Shown in pieces: positions 1-9,010 of a stretch of DNA of 64,000 nucleotides; the first letter of the stretch is position 1; every line of letters begins with the position of its first letter. The notes beneath the pieces were generated by a model. That model saw nothing but the letters and a program-made list of their open reading frames with translations. It was not told where the DNA came from and searched no databases. The DNA lies in the IMG/VR virus record IMGVR_UViG_2061766007_000951. One strand, 5' to 3'. The DNA comes from an uncultured virus (IMG/VR IMGVR_UViG_2061766007_000951). Lineage: Duplodnaviria > Heunggongvirae > Uroviricota > Caudoviricetes. The translations under genes and the position numbers were made by a program.

Positions 1-17
1 GTGAAAAGCAAATCGTT

Positions 18-404
18 TTAAGTTTTTGCCCCCCTATCCCCTTTTTGATGAAAGTTGTTATTTTCTTTCATCGTCTTGCGACTGTGGCAGCTCTGACACA
101 TCGGCTGAAGGTTTGATTCATCAAAGAACAGCGTTAAATCCCCGCGATGTGGAATGATATGATCTGCAATTGTCGCTGGCTTGCCACAAATAAAGCATGT
201 AGGATATTTGCGCAGGAACATTGCCCTTCGCTTTCTCCACTCCTGGCTCTCATATAAAGAATGCCATTGTGCAGACTTTCCTCTTTGTGTGAATATTTTG
301 CGGTTCTGTGCGCTATTCTGTAGATTCTTGTGTTTTTCACAATATTTGATACCGTTTAGCGCAGTCCGTCCGCATCCAGGCTTAGCACACACTCTTGTTT
401 TCAT
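18..404 (-). CDS. HNH endonuclease (terminase-associated, HK97 gp74-like)
   Basis: CFICG...ADHIIPHRGD...NLQPMCQSCHSRKT motif; next to cos-like end. Confidence 0.9.
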   Translation of the reverse strand: MKTRVCAKPGCGRTALNGIKYCEKHKNLQNSAQNRKIFTQRGKSAQWHSLYESQEWRKRRAMFLRKYPTCFICGKPATIADHIIPHRGDLTLFFDESNLQPMCQSCHSRKTMKENNNFHQKGDRGAKT

Positions 405-1041
405 TATGCTCCTCTTTCAAAAGCTTATTGATGTAAGCCACACCCTTCTGCAACACCAACGTTTTCAAACTTATTTTGGTTTCGCCAGATGGAATTGTGA
501 ACTTTGTCTCAATTACTCTGAAATATCCGCTATCAATATATTTTTGATAAGGAATGTTGTCTTGCTGTAAAATGTTCTTGTTGCGTAAGAACTCAAACAA
601 ACGATTGCGCCCGATGTTTCTGTTGAGGACCTTTGCACAGTTACCAATATCAATTGCATCTTTGCTGGAACAAATCTGATAAGCAAACTCTGCAGCAGGC
701 TCAAGCTTTGCAACTTTATCCTGAAGCTCTGCAATCATTTCCTGTTGAAGCTGCATTGCCTGTTGAATAATCAATTGCTTTTCAAGAGTTGTCTTAGGAG
801 TAAGAGCATTTACCTTACTGTGATTCTCAATGGCAATCTTAATTGCGGTTGCCTGCTCTTCTGTAAACACCATTGTGTGATTACTTCCTACTCGCGCGAC
901 ATTTATGTCGAGCGAATCAACAGCACGCTGGATTGTCTTTACATCAACTCCAAGAACATCTGCCAGCTCTTTTGTGGTCATTGTCCTTTGTGCCACTTCC
1001 CACTTGTTTGCGAGCTCTTCAACCATTTCGTTCATAATCAC
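382..1041 (-). CDS. Phage antirepressor, N-terminal HTH plus KilAC-type C-terminal domain
   Basis: IGRNRLFEFLR...PYQKYIDSGYFRVIE...TLVLQKGVAYI. Confidence 0.8.
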   Translation of the reverse strand: MIMNEMVEELANKWEVAQRTMTTKELADVLGVDVKTIQRAVDSLDINVARVGSNHTMVFTEEQATAIKIAIENHSKVNALTPKTTLEKQLIIQQAMQLQQEMIAELQDKVAKLEPAAEFAYQICSSKDAIDIGNCAKVLNRNIGRNRLFEFLRNKNILQQDNIPYQKYIDSGYFRVIETKFTIPSGETKISLKTLVLQKGVAYINKLLKEEHNENKSVC

Positions 1042-1047
1042 CTCCCT

Positions 1048-1482
1048 TTAGAACGGAATAACCTCGTTACCGTCGAACATATCACCGCTCTCTTCTGAAA
1101 CATCCGGCACTGGTTCAGGCTGATAAGCCTGTTGTCCTGATCCGTCGCTCTTTGGCATTGGCGGCAATGAAATTTCGGCAACCTTAATAACAATTGCAGA
1201 ATGCATCTGCTCGTTTTCGTCCTTCCAGCGCTGCTGTTTAAGACGCCCCGCAACACTGATATGCTTACCCTTAAGCAGATACTTTGCCATTGATTCTGCA
1301 TATTTGCCTTTACACTGGCAGTCAAAATAACTTGGAATGCTCTGCCATTGGCCCTGAGCATCCTTGTAGGTTTCATTGTTGGCGATAGTAAATCTCATGT
1401 AAGGAGTACCGTCCGCCCAGTGTGAAAGCTCTGCACTCTTTACAAGATTACCCTCAACAATTACAGAATTAAGACTTCCCAT
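1048..1482 (-). CDS. ssb: Single-stranded DNA-binding protein
   Basis: NSVIVEGNL, KGKHISVAGRL, acidic tail ending IPF. Confidence 0.92.
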   Translation of the reverse strand: MGSLNSVIVEGNLVKSAELSHWADGTPYMRFTIANNETYKDAQGQWQSIPSYFDCQCKGKYAESMAKYLLKGKHISVAGRLKQQRWKDENEQMHSAIVIKVAEISLPPMPKSDGSGQQAYQPEPVPDVSEESGDMFDGNEVIPF

Positions 1483-2128
1483 TCTTTCCCCTTCGCTTTT
1501 CAATGAATGCGCGTAAATCGTTTTCTGCTTTGTTGTCGATACAGCTTATGTGATAAGTATGTCCGACAATTTTTATTTTCATACCAGAGCACAGGATGTA
1601 CTCTGTACCAATTCCCATTTTTTCTTGTGCCTGAGCTTTTACTTTTGCACAAGACAGTTTCTTTGCTTCTGCAGGAACATTGCCGCCATACATACTGTCA
1701 AGCTGTCTCACTGCCTGATACTGATTAGCAACCCAGACGTCAGATTTTCCAAACATCTTGCCTATCTGCTTCTGATTCAAGTTGTGGCGCCTTTTCAGAT
1801 CGTCAAACACTTCGACAAGCTCCCAGGCGCTCATGTTTTTGCGCTGTACATTTTCTGCAATCTGAGCAGCAAGGATGTCTTTGTCGTTCAGATCATCATC
1901 AATGATGTTACACTCAATATGCGGTAATCCAAGATATTTAACAGCTTCATAGCGTCTGTGCCCCGCAATAACCACATATTTGCCATCCTTAGCGCGTTTC
2001 TGGACCAGAATAGGATTTATAAGGCCCTGTGCAAGAATGGATGCAGCAAGCTCTGTAATCTCGCTGTCCTTTTCGTTTCTGATATTCTTGCCGTTTACAA
2101 TCTGCGACATTTCCAACGTCTTAAGCAT
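1469..2128 (-). CDS. ParB/Spo0J-like N-terminal domain protein with HTH
   Basis: ELAASILAQGLINPILV...VIAGHRRYEA...ENVQRKNM. Confidence 0.85.
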   Translation of the reverse strand: MLKTLEMSQIVNGKNIRNEKDSEITELAASILAQGLINPILVQKRAKDGKYVVIAGHRRYEAVKYLGLPHIECNIIDDDLNDKDILAAQIAENVQRKNMSAWELVEVFDDLKRRHNLNQKQIGKMFGKSDVWVANQYQAVRQLDSMYGGNVPAEAKKLSCAKVKAQAQEKMGIGTEYILCSGMKIKIVGHTYHISCIDNKAENDLRAFIEKRRGKNGKS

Positions 2129-2139
2129 TTTTTATCCTC

Positions 2140-2628
2140 CTAAAAAATCTGCTGTACCTTTTTGGTGTAATCACCTTTGATGGCATCCAGGCTCAACTCT
2201 TCATCGGCCTTGGTATGATATTCAAGCGCGTGCCTCATGCCATCCTGAAGCACCACAATCATGTTTTTATCAACGTAGTAACCTTTACCCTTTGTGTAGC
2301 GGCGGAAAACGTACTCAAAAGCGGTTGCTATAGCGTCCATGTCCTGCTCTTCGTCAAGGAACATCCGGCGCTTTTTCTTTTCACCCCAGAGGATGCGGCG
2401 GAGACACTCGTAACCCAGCAGAAACAAGCGGTCCCTTGCCTGTTCATCATGATTTTTGAGCCATTTCCACTGTTCTAAAATCATGCGCTCATTGTCATCC
2501 TTGGGCTCACCGGTGCAGGGACATGGAAGGCTTGCATAAAACAATTCCCTCTGCTCCTGTGCCTTTGTTGCAAGATACTGTTTGTTATCCTGGACGGCCT
2601 GAGCAACGTCAAACAGGCTCTGCTGCAT
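2140..2628 (-). CDS. Putative sigma-70 region-2-only protein (candidate late transcription factor)
   Basis: HDEQARDRLF..DEEQDMDAIATAFEYVFRRY..MRHALEY..LSLDAI resembles ECF sigma2; ends with no room for sigma4; N-terminal QQSLF; ortholog at 48127-48630. Confidence 0.5.
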   Translation of the reverse strand: MQQSLFDVAQAVQDNKQYLATKAQEQRELFYASLPCPCTGEPKDDNERMILEQWKWLKNHDEQARDRLFLLGYECLRRILWGEKKKRRMFLDEEQDMDAIATAFEYVFRRYTKGKGYYVDKNMIVVLQDGMRHALEYHTKADEELSLDAIKGDYTKKVQQIF

Positions 2629-3907
2629 TTTTCTGTCTCTTTGCCAGAATTAGCTGCATCATTGCATTTGGAGCTTCTGGATCAATGCCATAAGCTTCAA
2701 AGTTTTCCTGTAACCATCTGTCAGTTTCTTCGCGGTCTATAACCTCCTCTCGCAATGGTCTGAATTGAGCCGGCGGTAATTCTGCATGATTTAATAAATA
2801 AGCCCATACGGTCTCATTTATCATGTATTTCGGATAAAGCGGAATTCCGTGCCATTTGTTTGGCATTGGCTCCGTGTGCATCTTTTTGAACTCTTTGCAG
2901 ATAGCCTTTGCCATTTCCGGCACATCTGCCTTATTCTGAGCACTCTCAAAAAGCTCCTGAACAATGCCCTCTACAGCCTTGGCGCCTTTTGTTTCGTTGT
3001 ACGCAAGATTTGATGTCTTGAAAAAGTCCTGAAAGACCTTAAAAGCCTCCCCCTTAATTTTTTCGATTTCTTCTGGCATGAAACTTGCATCTTCTGTTTC
3101 TTTGTCAATGTCAGGCACATTCTCTGAGGCAGGAACATCACTCTCAGGAACAATGCTCCAATTAGGAACATCTATAAGCTTTTCTGATGTTTCTGTATTA
3201 TTTTTCTCAACATCTACGCTATTCTCACTGGAGGCAGCTGTAGAGCCCTCCAGAGGCTCGCAAGCTGCCGGAAGTTCCTCTCCTCCCACACCCTCTACTC
3301 TTGTGTGTGTGTTCTTCTCTACATCTGATATAATCTGCTCTGTCTCTCTCTTATCTTCTCTCTCTCTTCTATTCTGCGAAATCGCGTCGGAACAGCCTTG
3401 TATAGTGTCGCAACACTTGTTAACTTCGTCGTGTATAGTGTTAAAACGCCTGTTTTCGAGTGCCTTAATATCGTTTCTCACCGTGTCTACATTAGTAGAC
3501 TGCGGATTAAAAAAGGCCGATTCTGCCTGAGTATTCTTCCAGATTTCACAGGCAGCATTAAAACGGTTGCGCAGTGTTTTGTTTGGTTGTCTTGTAGGAT
3601 ATTCCCACTCAACAAAAAGGAAGATAGAACTCTTTGGAACATGAGCAAAAATGCGGAGCTTTACCATTGCTTCTGCAACCTGGCGGACGTTTTCGGGGCT
3701 GTCTACCTTGATAAGGCTTGCAAACTCCTCACCGTCTCCGATGTCAAAGATGCCATCTTCATCTGCCTTTGTAGCGCCTGCAAGATAAAGCAATACAGGA
3801 GCACAGCGCAGTTCCGGTTCAAGCATTTTTTCTGCTCTGTTCATAGCTTTGTTTTCGAGCAGATCTGTAGGGATTTTAGCCCAGGGCTTTGAATTAAAGA
3901 AACTCAT
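2609..3907 (-). CDS. Putative replication initiator / replisome organizer
   Basis: N-terminal WAKIPTDLL, central REREDKRETE low-complexity block typical of phage initiators; position in replication module. Confidence 0.6.
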   Translation of the reverse strand: MSFFNSKPWAKIPTDLLENKAMNRAEKMLEPELRCAPVLLYLAGATKADEDGIFDIGDGEEFASLIKVDSPENVRQVAEAMVKLRIFAHVPKSSIFLFVEWEYPTRQPNKTLRNRFNAACEIWKNTQAESAFFNPQSTNVDTVRNDIKALENRRFNTIHDEVNKCCDTIQGCSDAISQNRREREDKRETEQIISDVEKNTHTRVEGVGGEELPAACEPLEGSTAASSENSVDVEKNNTETSEKLIDVPNWSIVPESDVPASENVPDIDKETEDASFMPEEIEKIKGEAFKVFQDFFKTSNLAYNETKGAKAVEGIVQELFESAQNKADVPEMAKAICKEFKKMHTEPMPNKWHGIPLYPKYMINETVWAYLLNHAELPPAQFRPLREEVIDREETDRWLQENFEAYGIDPEAPNAMMQLILAKRQKNAAEPV

Positions 3908-5244
3908 TATGCTGCCTCCTTAATTTTGCGGGGCTTTGACTTCCATTTTGTTTTTGGAACCTGTTCCATCCACTTGGATAAAGCAACGCGAACCTCATCA
4001 GATGGTGCACAATCAGTACGGTCAGTTTCATCTGCATAGAACTGCCCGATTTTCCCTGTCGGATAAATCTGAGCTGTTGCAACCGGAACACCTTCTTTTT
4101 GAATAAATACGATTGTATAATTTCCATCTGCAGTGCCCTGATAATAACCACACGCGCAAATACACTGATGCAGAGCCTTTGCCTGTTTCTGCCATTCGTC
4201 ATAATCTGAAGTTACAAAAATTGAATAACCGTCAATGGAACTGTTAATTTCTGCAAACTTCTTCTCTATTCTCTTAATGGCCTTTTTCTGTTCCTTAAGA
4301 CGCTTTTCTTCTTCTCTTGCCTCCTGAATCATTCTTGCCTCCCTTTCTATTCGCTCTTCTTCAACAAGTCTGTCATGGAACTCATTAAGATTTGAAGGAT
4401 AACGCCAGTATTCATCATCAAAAGAATGGTTGCTTCTCTGAAGCATACAAAGATAATCTCTGTATAAATCAACAAGCTGCTTCATGGCTTTTTCTTCTTC
4501 TTCGTGAGTTGAAACAAACTTTTTTCGAGCTTTCTTTATGTATTTGAAATCTTCAAAGCTTATGCTGACTGTATAAGGATATTTTTTATCCGGTCGATAC
4601 CAGGAAGATACATAATGAAAATATTCAGCACATAAAGAAGGATTTACCGAGCGCATAGCGGCTCTTATTTCTTGAAGATTCAGATTCAAACAAAGCGGAT
4701 TGTTCTTAATGAATCTGCAAACAGCTTTCCGGTTCTTTTCAGTCATTCGCCAGAAGGTTTTATTGAATCCGATTTTCTCATATCCGGCAGCAAGCAGAAT
4801 TTCAAGTTCTCTATGCTCCACCCATAATTCAAGTATGCTAATAAGCTCAGCCTTTGACTGTATATCAAACTTATTCGCCAGGTATTTGAAACTAGGATAA
4901 AGCTGACAAACAAAATCAATATCTGCATCTGTTACACTATCAGAATAACCGACACTTGATCTTCTTTGTCTTTTACTCCAGCCTTCAAGTTGAGCAATAT
5001 CTGGATTATAGTACCAATAAGAACGCTCATTATAAGGTAAGCCTGGGAAAGCTACGCAATGACCTCCCCACATGCTATGATAAAGATTCTGCTCCCACGA
5101 TTCCCCAGAATCAGATTCCTTGTATACATCGCAGGAGTAAATATCTTCAGGATGATTCTTATGCCACCATTCAGCAGTAAGAATCCTGACAATCTGCCCG
5201 TTTTCAATTTCCAGACGGTCGTACCAGTTCTTAGGAGAATGCAT
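3907..5244 (-). CDS. PcfJ-like domain protein
   Basis: C-terminal QAKALHQCI..YY..IVFIQKEGVPVATAQI..IGQFYA; paired with PcfK-like gene. Confidence 0.7.
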   Translation of the reverse strand: MHSPKNWYDRLEIENGQIVRILTAEWWHKNHPEDIYSCDVYKESDSGESWEQNLYHSMWGGHCVAFPGLPYNERSYWYYNPDIAQLEGWSKRQRRSSVGYSDSVTDADIDFVCQLYPSFKYLANKFDIQSKAELISILELWVEHRELEILLAAGYEKIGFNKTFWRMTEKNRKAVCRFIKNNPLCLNLNLQEIRAAMRSVNPSLCAEYFHYVSSWYRPDKKYPYTVSISFEDFKYIKKARKKFVSTHEEEEKAMKQLVDLYRDYLCMLQRSNHSFDDEYWRYPSNLNEFHDRLVEEERIEREARMIQEAREEEKRLKEQKKAIKRIEKKFAEINSSIDGYSIFVTSDYDEWQKQAKALHQCICACGYYQGTADGNYTIVFIQKEGVPVATAQIYPTGKIGQFYADETDRTDCAPSDEVRVALSKWMEQVPKTKWKSKPRKIKEAA

Positions 5245-5255
5245 TTTTACGCCCC

Positions 5256-5927
5256 CTAGAAGCTGAAAAGCAAGCCATTGCCATTTTCATCATATAAAAC
5301 CAGATCAGATGCAGTGTCTTGTGGTTCGGCTTCGCGTGGATTCGAGCTTCCCTCGTTTTCGTTGTCCGCCTTTTGTGGTTCCGTTTCCGCCTTGGTTTCC
5401 ACCGCCCCGCAAGTCTGCGCATCCTGTTCTGGTTCCCCGTCAAATACTTCAAAACCGTATTCATCGGTCTTGATCCCACCCTGTTGTGCCTGTGGCATGG
5501 CTTCTGATTCTTCTGCTTCTTCAGATTCGCGTGGTTTCGAGCTTCCTGAGTTTTCGATGTCTACTCCGGTAGTTTCCGGCGGTGTTTCTGCCTCAGTTTC
5601 CTCTGATTCTGCAGTTTCTTCTGCCTGTGCCTGTGCTTTTACTTCAGGAGGCTCGTCAGCTTCCTTTGGTAAAATGTCTATAAAGTAATCCCTCGCCATT
5701 TTGAAAACAACAGCATCTTCAATACAGTATGCGTTACCGTTACCAATCGATTTAATGCATTCTCTGATGAAGTTATAACAGTCGTTTATCTTCTCAGGGC
5801 GATAAAGGGTTTTAAGAGCTTCGTCCCTCTCACTAAGCTCTTCCAGATAATTCTTAATTCTTTTAATCGGGTCTACTTCTCCAACCTGTATAGATTGTAA
5901 GTAAGCCTTATAGTCCGCTTTTGCCAT
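5256..5927 (-). CDS. PcfK-like protein with long acidic tail
   Basis: KINDCYNFI...CIEDAVVFKMARDYF; directly upstream of PcfJ-like gene. Confidence 0.65.
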   Translation of the reverse strand: MAKADYKAYLQSIQVGEVDPIKRIKNYLEELSERDEALKTLYRPEKINDCYNFIRECIKSIGNGNAYCIEDAVVFKMARDYFIDILPKEADEPPEVKAQAQAEETAESEETEAETPPETTGVDIENSGSSKPRESEEAEESEAMPQAQQGGIKTDEYGFEVFDGEPEQDAQTCGAVETKAETEPQKADNENEGSSNPREAEPQDTASDLVLYDENGNGLLFSF

Positions 5928-6341
5928 TTGAACTCCTAAAATTTCTGACTATAAAACTCCTGCCACATCGGCAGTTGTTTTTCCAGGTAATCAACAGCAG
6001 AAACGTAGTTTGCATAAGAAACTTCGTTGTATTTGCTTTTTCCCTGGCCTCTTGCTATATGTCTTTCCCAGCGCTTTACGTCCTGTCTGCACTGGTCAAT
6101 AACCGCTGCTATAAGAAGCTTTACTCCGTCGCTGTTCAGCTCTTCAGGCAGTCCTTTCTGGGTTTTTATACAAGGCTTTTCTTTGTTCATAAGACGCTCT
6201 TTTTCTTCCCTGTAATAATCCCTGCAATACTGTCTGTAGTGCTCCCTGTGAGTATCAAGATAGCCTTTCTGATACTCGCGGTGCTTCTCTCTTTCCCTTT
6301 CAAGATGCTGATAATACCAGCGCCTTGAAGGAGACATGGTA

Positions 6342-6647
6342 CTAAGCTCCTGCGCTGTCGGCATCCTTCGCATTTGCTGCATCCTTATGTCTTTGCGCTG
6401 CCTGTTCTTTTCCCTGTACAAACCAGCGGAAATCTTCTAAACGCTTATAGCGTTCTTCTGATAAAGGGCGAGAGCTTTCTTCTACGCTCATGTATCTGAT
6501 TTTATTTTCAAAACCTTCGCTGGCATGAATGAAAATATCTGCATCAATAGACTTTTCCCCGTCTATTTCGCGATAAGCTTTTGCAAGATCATTACAAAGG
6601 TTTTTCATTTCAAAATAATAGGAATATTTTGTCATCTGATTGTTCAT
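6342..6647 (-). CDS. Conserved hypothetical early protein
   Basis: Ortholog at 52050-52346 (KRLEDFRWFVQGKE shared). Confidence 0.7.
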   Translation of the reverse strand: MNNQMTKYSYYFEMKNLCNDLAKAYREIDGEKSIDADIFIHASEGFENKIRYMSVEESSRPLSEERYKRLEDFRWFVQGKEQAAQRHKDAANAKDADSAGA

Positions 6648-6841
6648 ACGCTCTGCCCTCCCAAGCGTTTGTGTTTGTTAGCCCATTTTTCCAGATCTTC
6701 AACAAGATAAAGCCTTACGCTGTTCATCTTGAAATATGGAAGATCTTTAATGCCGTACAAGGTAGTCCGCCCTATACTCAGCATTTCACATGCCTGCTTT
6801 ACCCTGACACAGATAAGCTGCCTCTTTTGCTTACCTTTCAT
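6644..6841 (-). CDS. Excisionase-like HTH protein
   Basis: VRVKQACEMLSIGRTTLY; first gene of early operon; GGAGG RBS. Confidence 0.75.
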   Translation of the reverse strand: MKGKQKRQLICVRVKQACEMLSIGRTTLYGIKDLPYFKMNSVRLYLVEDLEKWANKHKRLGGQSV

Positions 6842-7029
6842 TTTTATTTTCCTCCGGTAAAAGACGGGAATAAGAGAGTGCCGATATATCAGAAATTGCA
6901 GAACGGATTATCCTGCACTCTCCTCTTCCCTAGAGTGTTGTTTTTATGACAGACGCAATCGACGATTGCGGTAAGTCCGAAAGGAACAGTGCAGGAGCCT
7001 TGGGTCTTTGGATGAGAGCCCCTGCACCG

Positions 7030-7228
7030 TAAAAAAACAAACCCTCTCACCGGCCAAGCGAAAACCAGTTTGAGGGTTGCTATATTCATTGCGCCACCCG
7101 CCAGAGCAGCACAAATAAATACCTGTATCATTCGCTTGTGTTGAACATTCTTTTACTTAAAGCTGTCAAGGCTTTAAGTAAACCTGCTACTATAGTAGCA
7201 ATCAAAAGTACGCTTTCCGTACTTTCTA
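7030..7228 (-). ncRNA. Putative structured early leader RNA (~200 nt) ending in an intrinsic terminator
   Basis: Promoter at 7234-7262, 12-bp hairpin 7152-7182, terminator stem 7040-7078 plus U7; same layout at 52854-53051. Confidence 0.5.
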
Positions 7229-7287
7229 TAATAACTATATAACGCTTTACGTACTTTGTCAAATAAAAAATTACGTTTTTTGTACTT
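7205..7287. promoter_or_regulatory. Three repressor operators (consensus AAGTACG-N5-CGTACTT) overlapping leftward promoter TTGACA-17-TATAGT (7262-7234)
   Basis: Sites start at 7206, 7238, 7269; first is a perfect 8-5-8 inverted repeat; same spacing in phage B. Confidence 0.75.
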
Positions 7288-7317
7288 TTTCTCGAAAATT
7301 TAAGCAAGAGGTGTTTT

Positions 7318-7668
7318 ATGGCAGAAGTATTAGTTTTTATGGACAGAGTTGAGATGATTTTAAAACAAAAAAAGCTAACTCAAAAAGAGTTAGCTGAGGA
7401 ACTGGGATTAAGGCGTCCATCATTATCCGACTGGAAAAAAAACGGTTCTGTTCCGGCTGGTGATGTTTGTCTTAAAATTGCAAACTATCTTAAAGTTTCT
7501 GTAGAATGGCTTATAAGCGGTAAGGAAGGCGGACTATCAAAAGAAGAGAGCGAGCTCCTGGCACAATGGAGCATGCTCTCTCCTGAACAGAAAAACAATA
7601 TCAATATTCTGCTAGACGGTTGGAAAAAAGCCCGCGACAATGAAAAAAACAATTCGTCGCAAGCTTAA
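7318..7668 (+). CDS. CI-like XRE-family repressor
   Basis: LTQKELAEELGLRRPSLSDWKKNG HTH; divergent from early operon. Confidence 0.9.
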   Translation: MAEVLVFMDRVEMILKQKKLTQKELAEELGLRRPSLSDWKKNGSVPAGDVCLKIANYLKVSVEWLISGKEGGLSKEESELLAQWSMLSPEQKNNINILLDGWKKARDNEKNNSSQA

Positions 7669-7685
7669 AAATCATCACCTGTAAG

Positions 7686-8942
7686 TCATTTTAAGACAGC
7701 CCCGAAAACTTCTGACTGCGCAGCAGTAATTCTTTTTACATCCTCTGCAGTCTGATGGCTGGCATAATGTTCAAGCATCTCAATTGTCTTGTGGCCCGTC
7801 TGACTTTGCAGAGCCTTCTGGTTCACCCGCTCCGCCATGTAAGTAGTATAAAAGTGTCTCCAGGCGTGAAAGGTCATTTTCTTTGCTTCTGCTTCTGACA
7901 TTCCGGCCCTTATAAGAGCCTTGCGAAAATAGGTCAAAAAAAGCTTTCCATCAATAGGCTTATCCGGTGTATAACCCCAGAAAATAAAGCCGGCACCGTT
8001 GTCATAAGGATTACTGTCTGCAAGTTCCCTGAGCTTTTCCATAAGAAAAGGAAAGGCAACATAAACGGTGCGCTCTTCTGTGTTTTTTGTACATTTTAGT
8101 CCATCTTTTGTGTTATAAGAATGGCGCACGAAAATACAGTCATCTCCAAGATCATCTTGTGTGAGTGCAAGAATTTCACCGCATCTCATTCCGGTACACA
8201 TTGCCAGCATGGATGCAATTCGGGAATATTCATTATCCCATTCTACACGGAAAACACTGCGGGCCATTTCCATAGTCAAGATTGCCCTGCGCTTATAAAC
8301 TGTCTTATACATGATCCAGCCGCGTGTAATATCGCGTGGAATAAGCTCGTTATTATAAGCCCACTTGAGCGGAGTAAGGACCGCGCGGAGCACATGGTTT
8401 TTTGTGTTTCCGCTCAAGGTCATTTTATCAAGACGGTCAAACTGCTTCTGGATGTCTTTTCTTCCAAGTTCACCAAGCTTCTTGTCTCCAAGAATTTCAA
8501 GCCAGTGATTTGTTATAAAGGTTGTGGAAGTCATAAGATGCTTCTTGTGGACGGTCTGCCCTTTGCGGTCCTTTTCTCGCAGATATTGAGACTTTTCAGG
8601 GTTCCAGAAGTCTATAAGCCATTGAAGAGCCGGAACATTCAGGATGCCGTTATCATTCAAGACATACCCTGATAAAAACCCTTTGCGCTGGAAGTCCTCC
8701 AGGAACTGCTCAACATCCTCTTTTGTGTAGGTAGATTTCCGGAGCGTATCATATAGTGATATTGCGTCCAGCTTGTCTGACTTTTCGTTGTACATGTCCC
8801 AGGCTTTGCGAAGTGCCCTGTTATAGGTCTTTTCTTTGGTAGAAAGCCATGACATGAATTTGCCGGTGCGCTCGTTACGGAAACGCACATAATAATAGGG
8901 AGACCGGTCCCTGGTGGTAAGTGAGAATGGTAGTTTTTGCAT
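7686..8942 (-). CDS. int: Tyrosine integrase
   Basis: TGMRCGEI, FHAWRH, GHK..MLEHY catalytic motifs; adjacent to attP. Confidence 0.95.
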   Translation of the reverse strand: MQKLPFSLTTRDRSPYYYVRFRNERTGKFMSWLSTKEKTYNRALRKAWDMYNEKSDKLDAISLYDTLRKSTYTKEDVEQFLEDFQRKGFLSGYVLNDNGILNVPALQWLIDFWNPEKSQYLREKDRKGQTVHKKHLMTSTTFITNHWLEILGDKKLGELGRKDIQKQFDRLDKMTLSGNTKNHVLRAVLTPLKWAYNNELIPRDITRGWIMYKTVYKRRAILTMEMARSVFRVEWDNEYSRIASMLAMCTGMRCGEILALTQDDLGDDCIFVRHSYNTKDGLKCTKNTEERTVYVAFPFLMEKLRELADSNPYDNGAGFIFWGYTPDKPIDGKLFLTYFRKALIRAGMSEAEAKKMTFHAWRHFYTTYMAERVNQKALQSQTGHKTIEMLEHYASHQTAEDVKRITAAQSEVFGAVLK

Positions 8943-9010
8943 TGTGCTGCACTCCTTTAATTATCAAGGTTTGCGCTGCACACTTTTTGGCGGGTGGCTT
9001 GTTGCAGTTG

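Noticed and set aside
6930..7030. Possible hammerhead-like ribozyme (GATGAG and CGAAA words)
   Set aside because: Could not assemble the CUGANGA/GAAA core with three stems by eye, and it is not conserved in phage B.
7164..7169. TTGACA in the hairpin loop as the -35 of a second promoter (also 52988-52993)
   Set aside because: No plausible -10 at 17 bp spacing in either phage (GTTCAA, AAGCTT).
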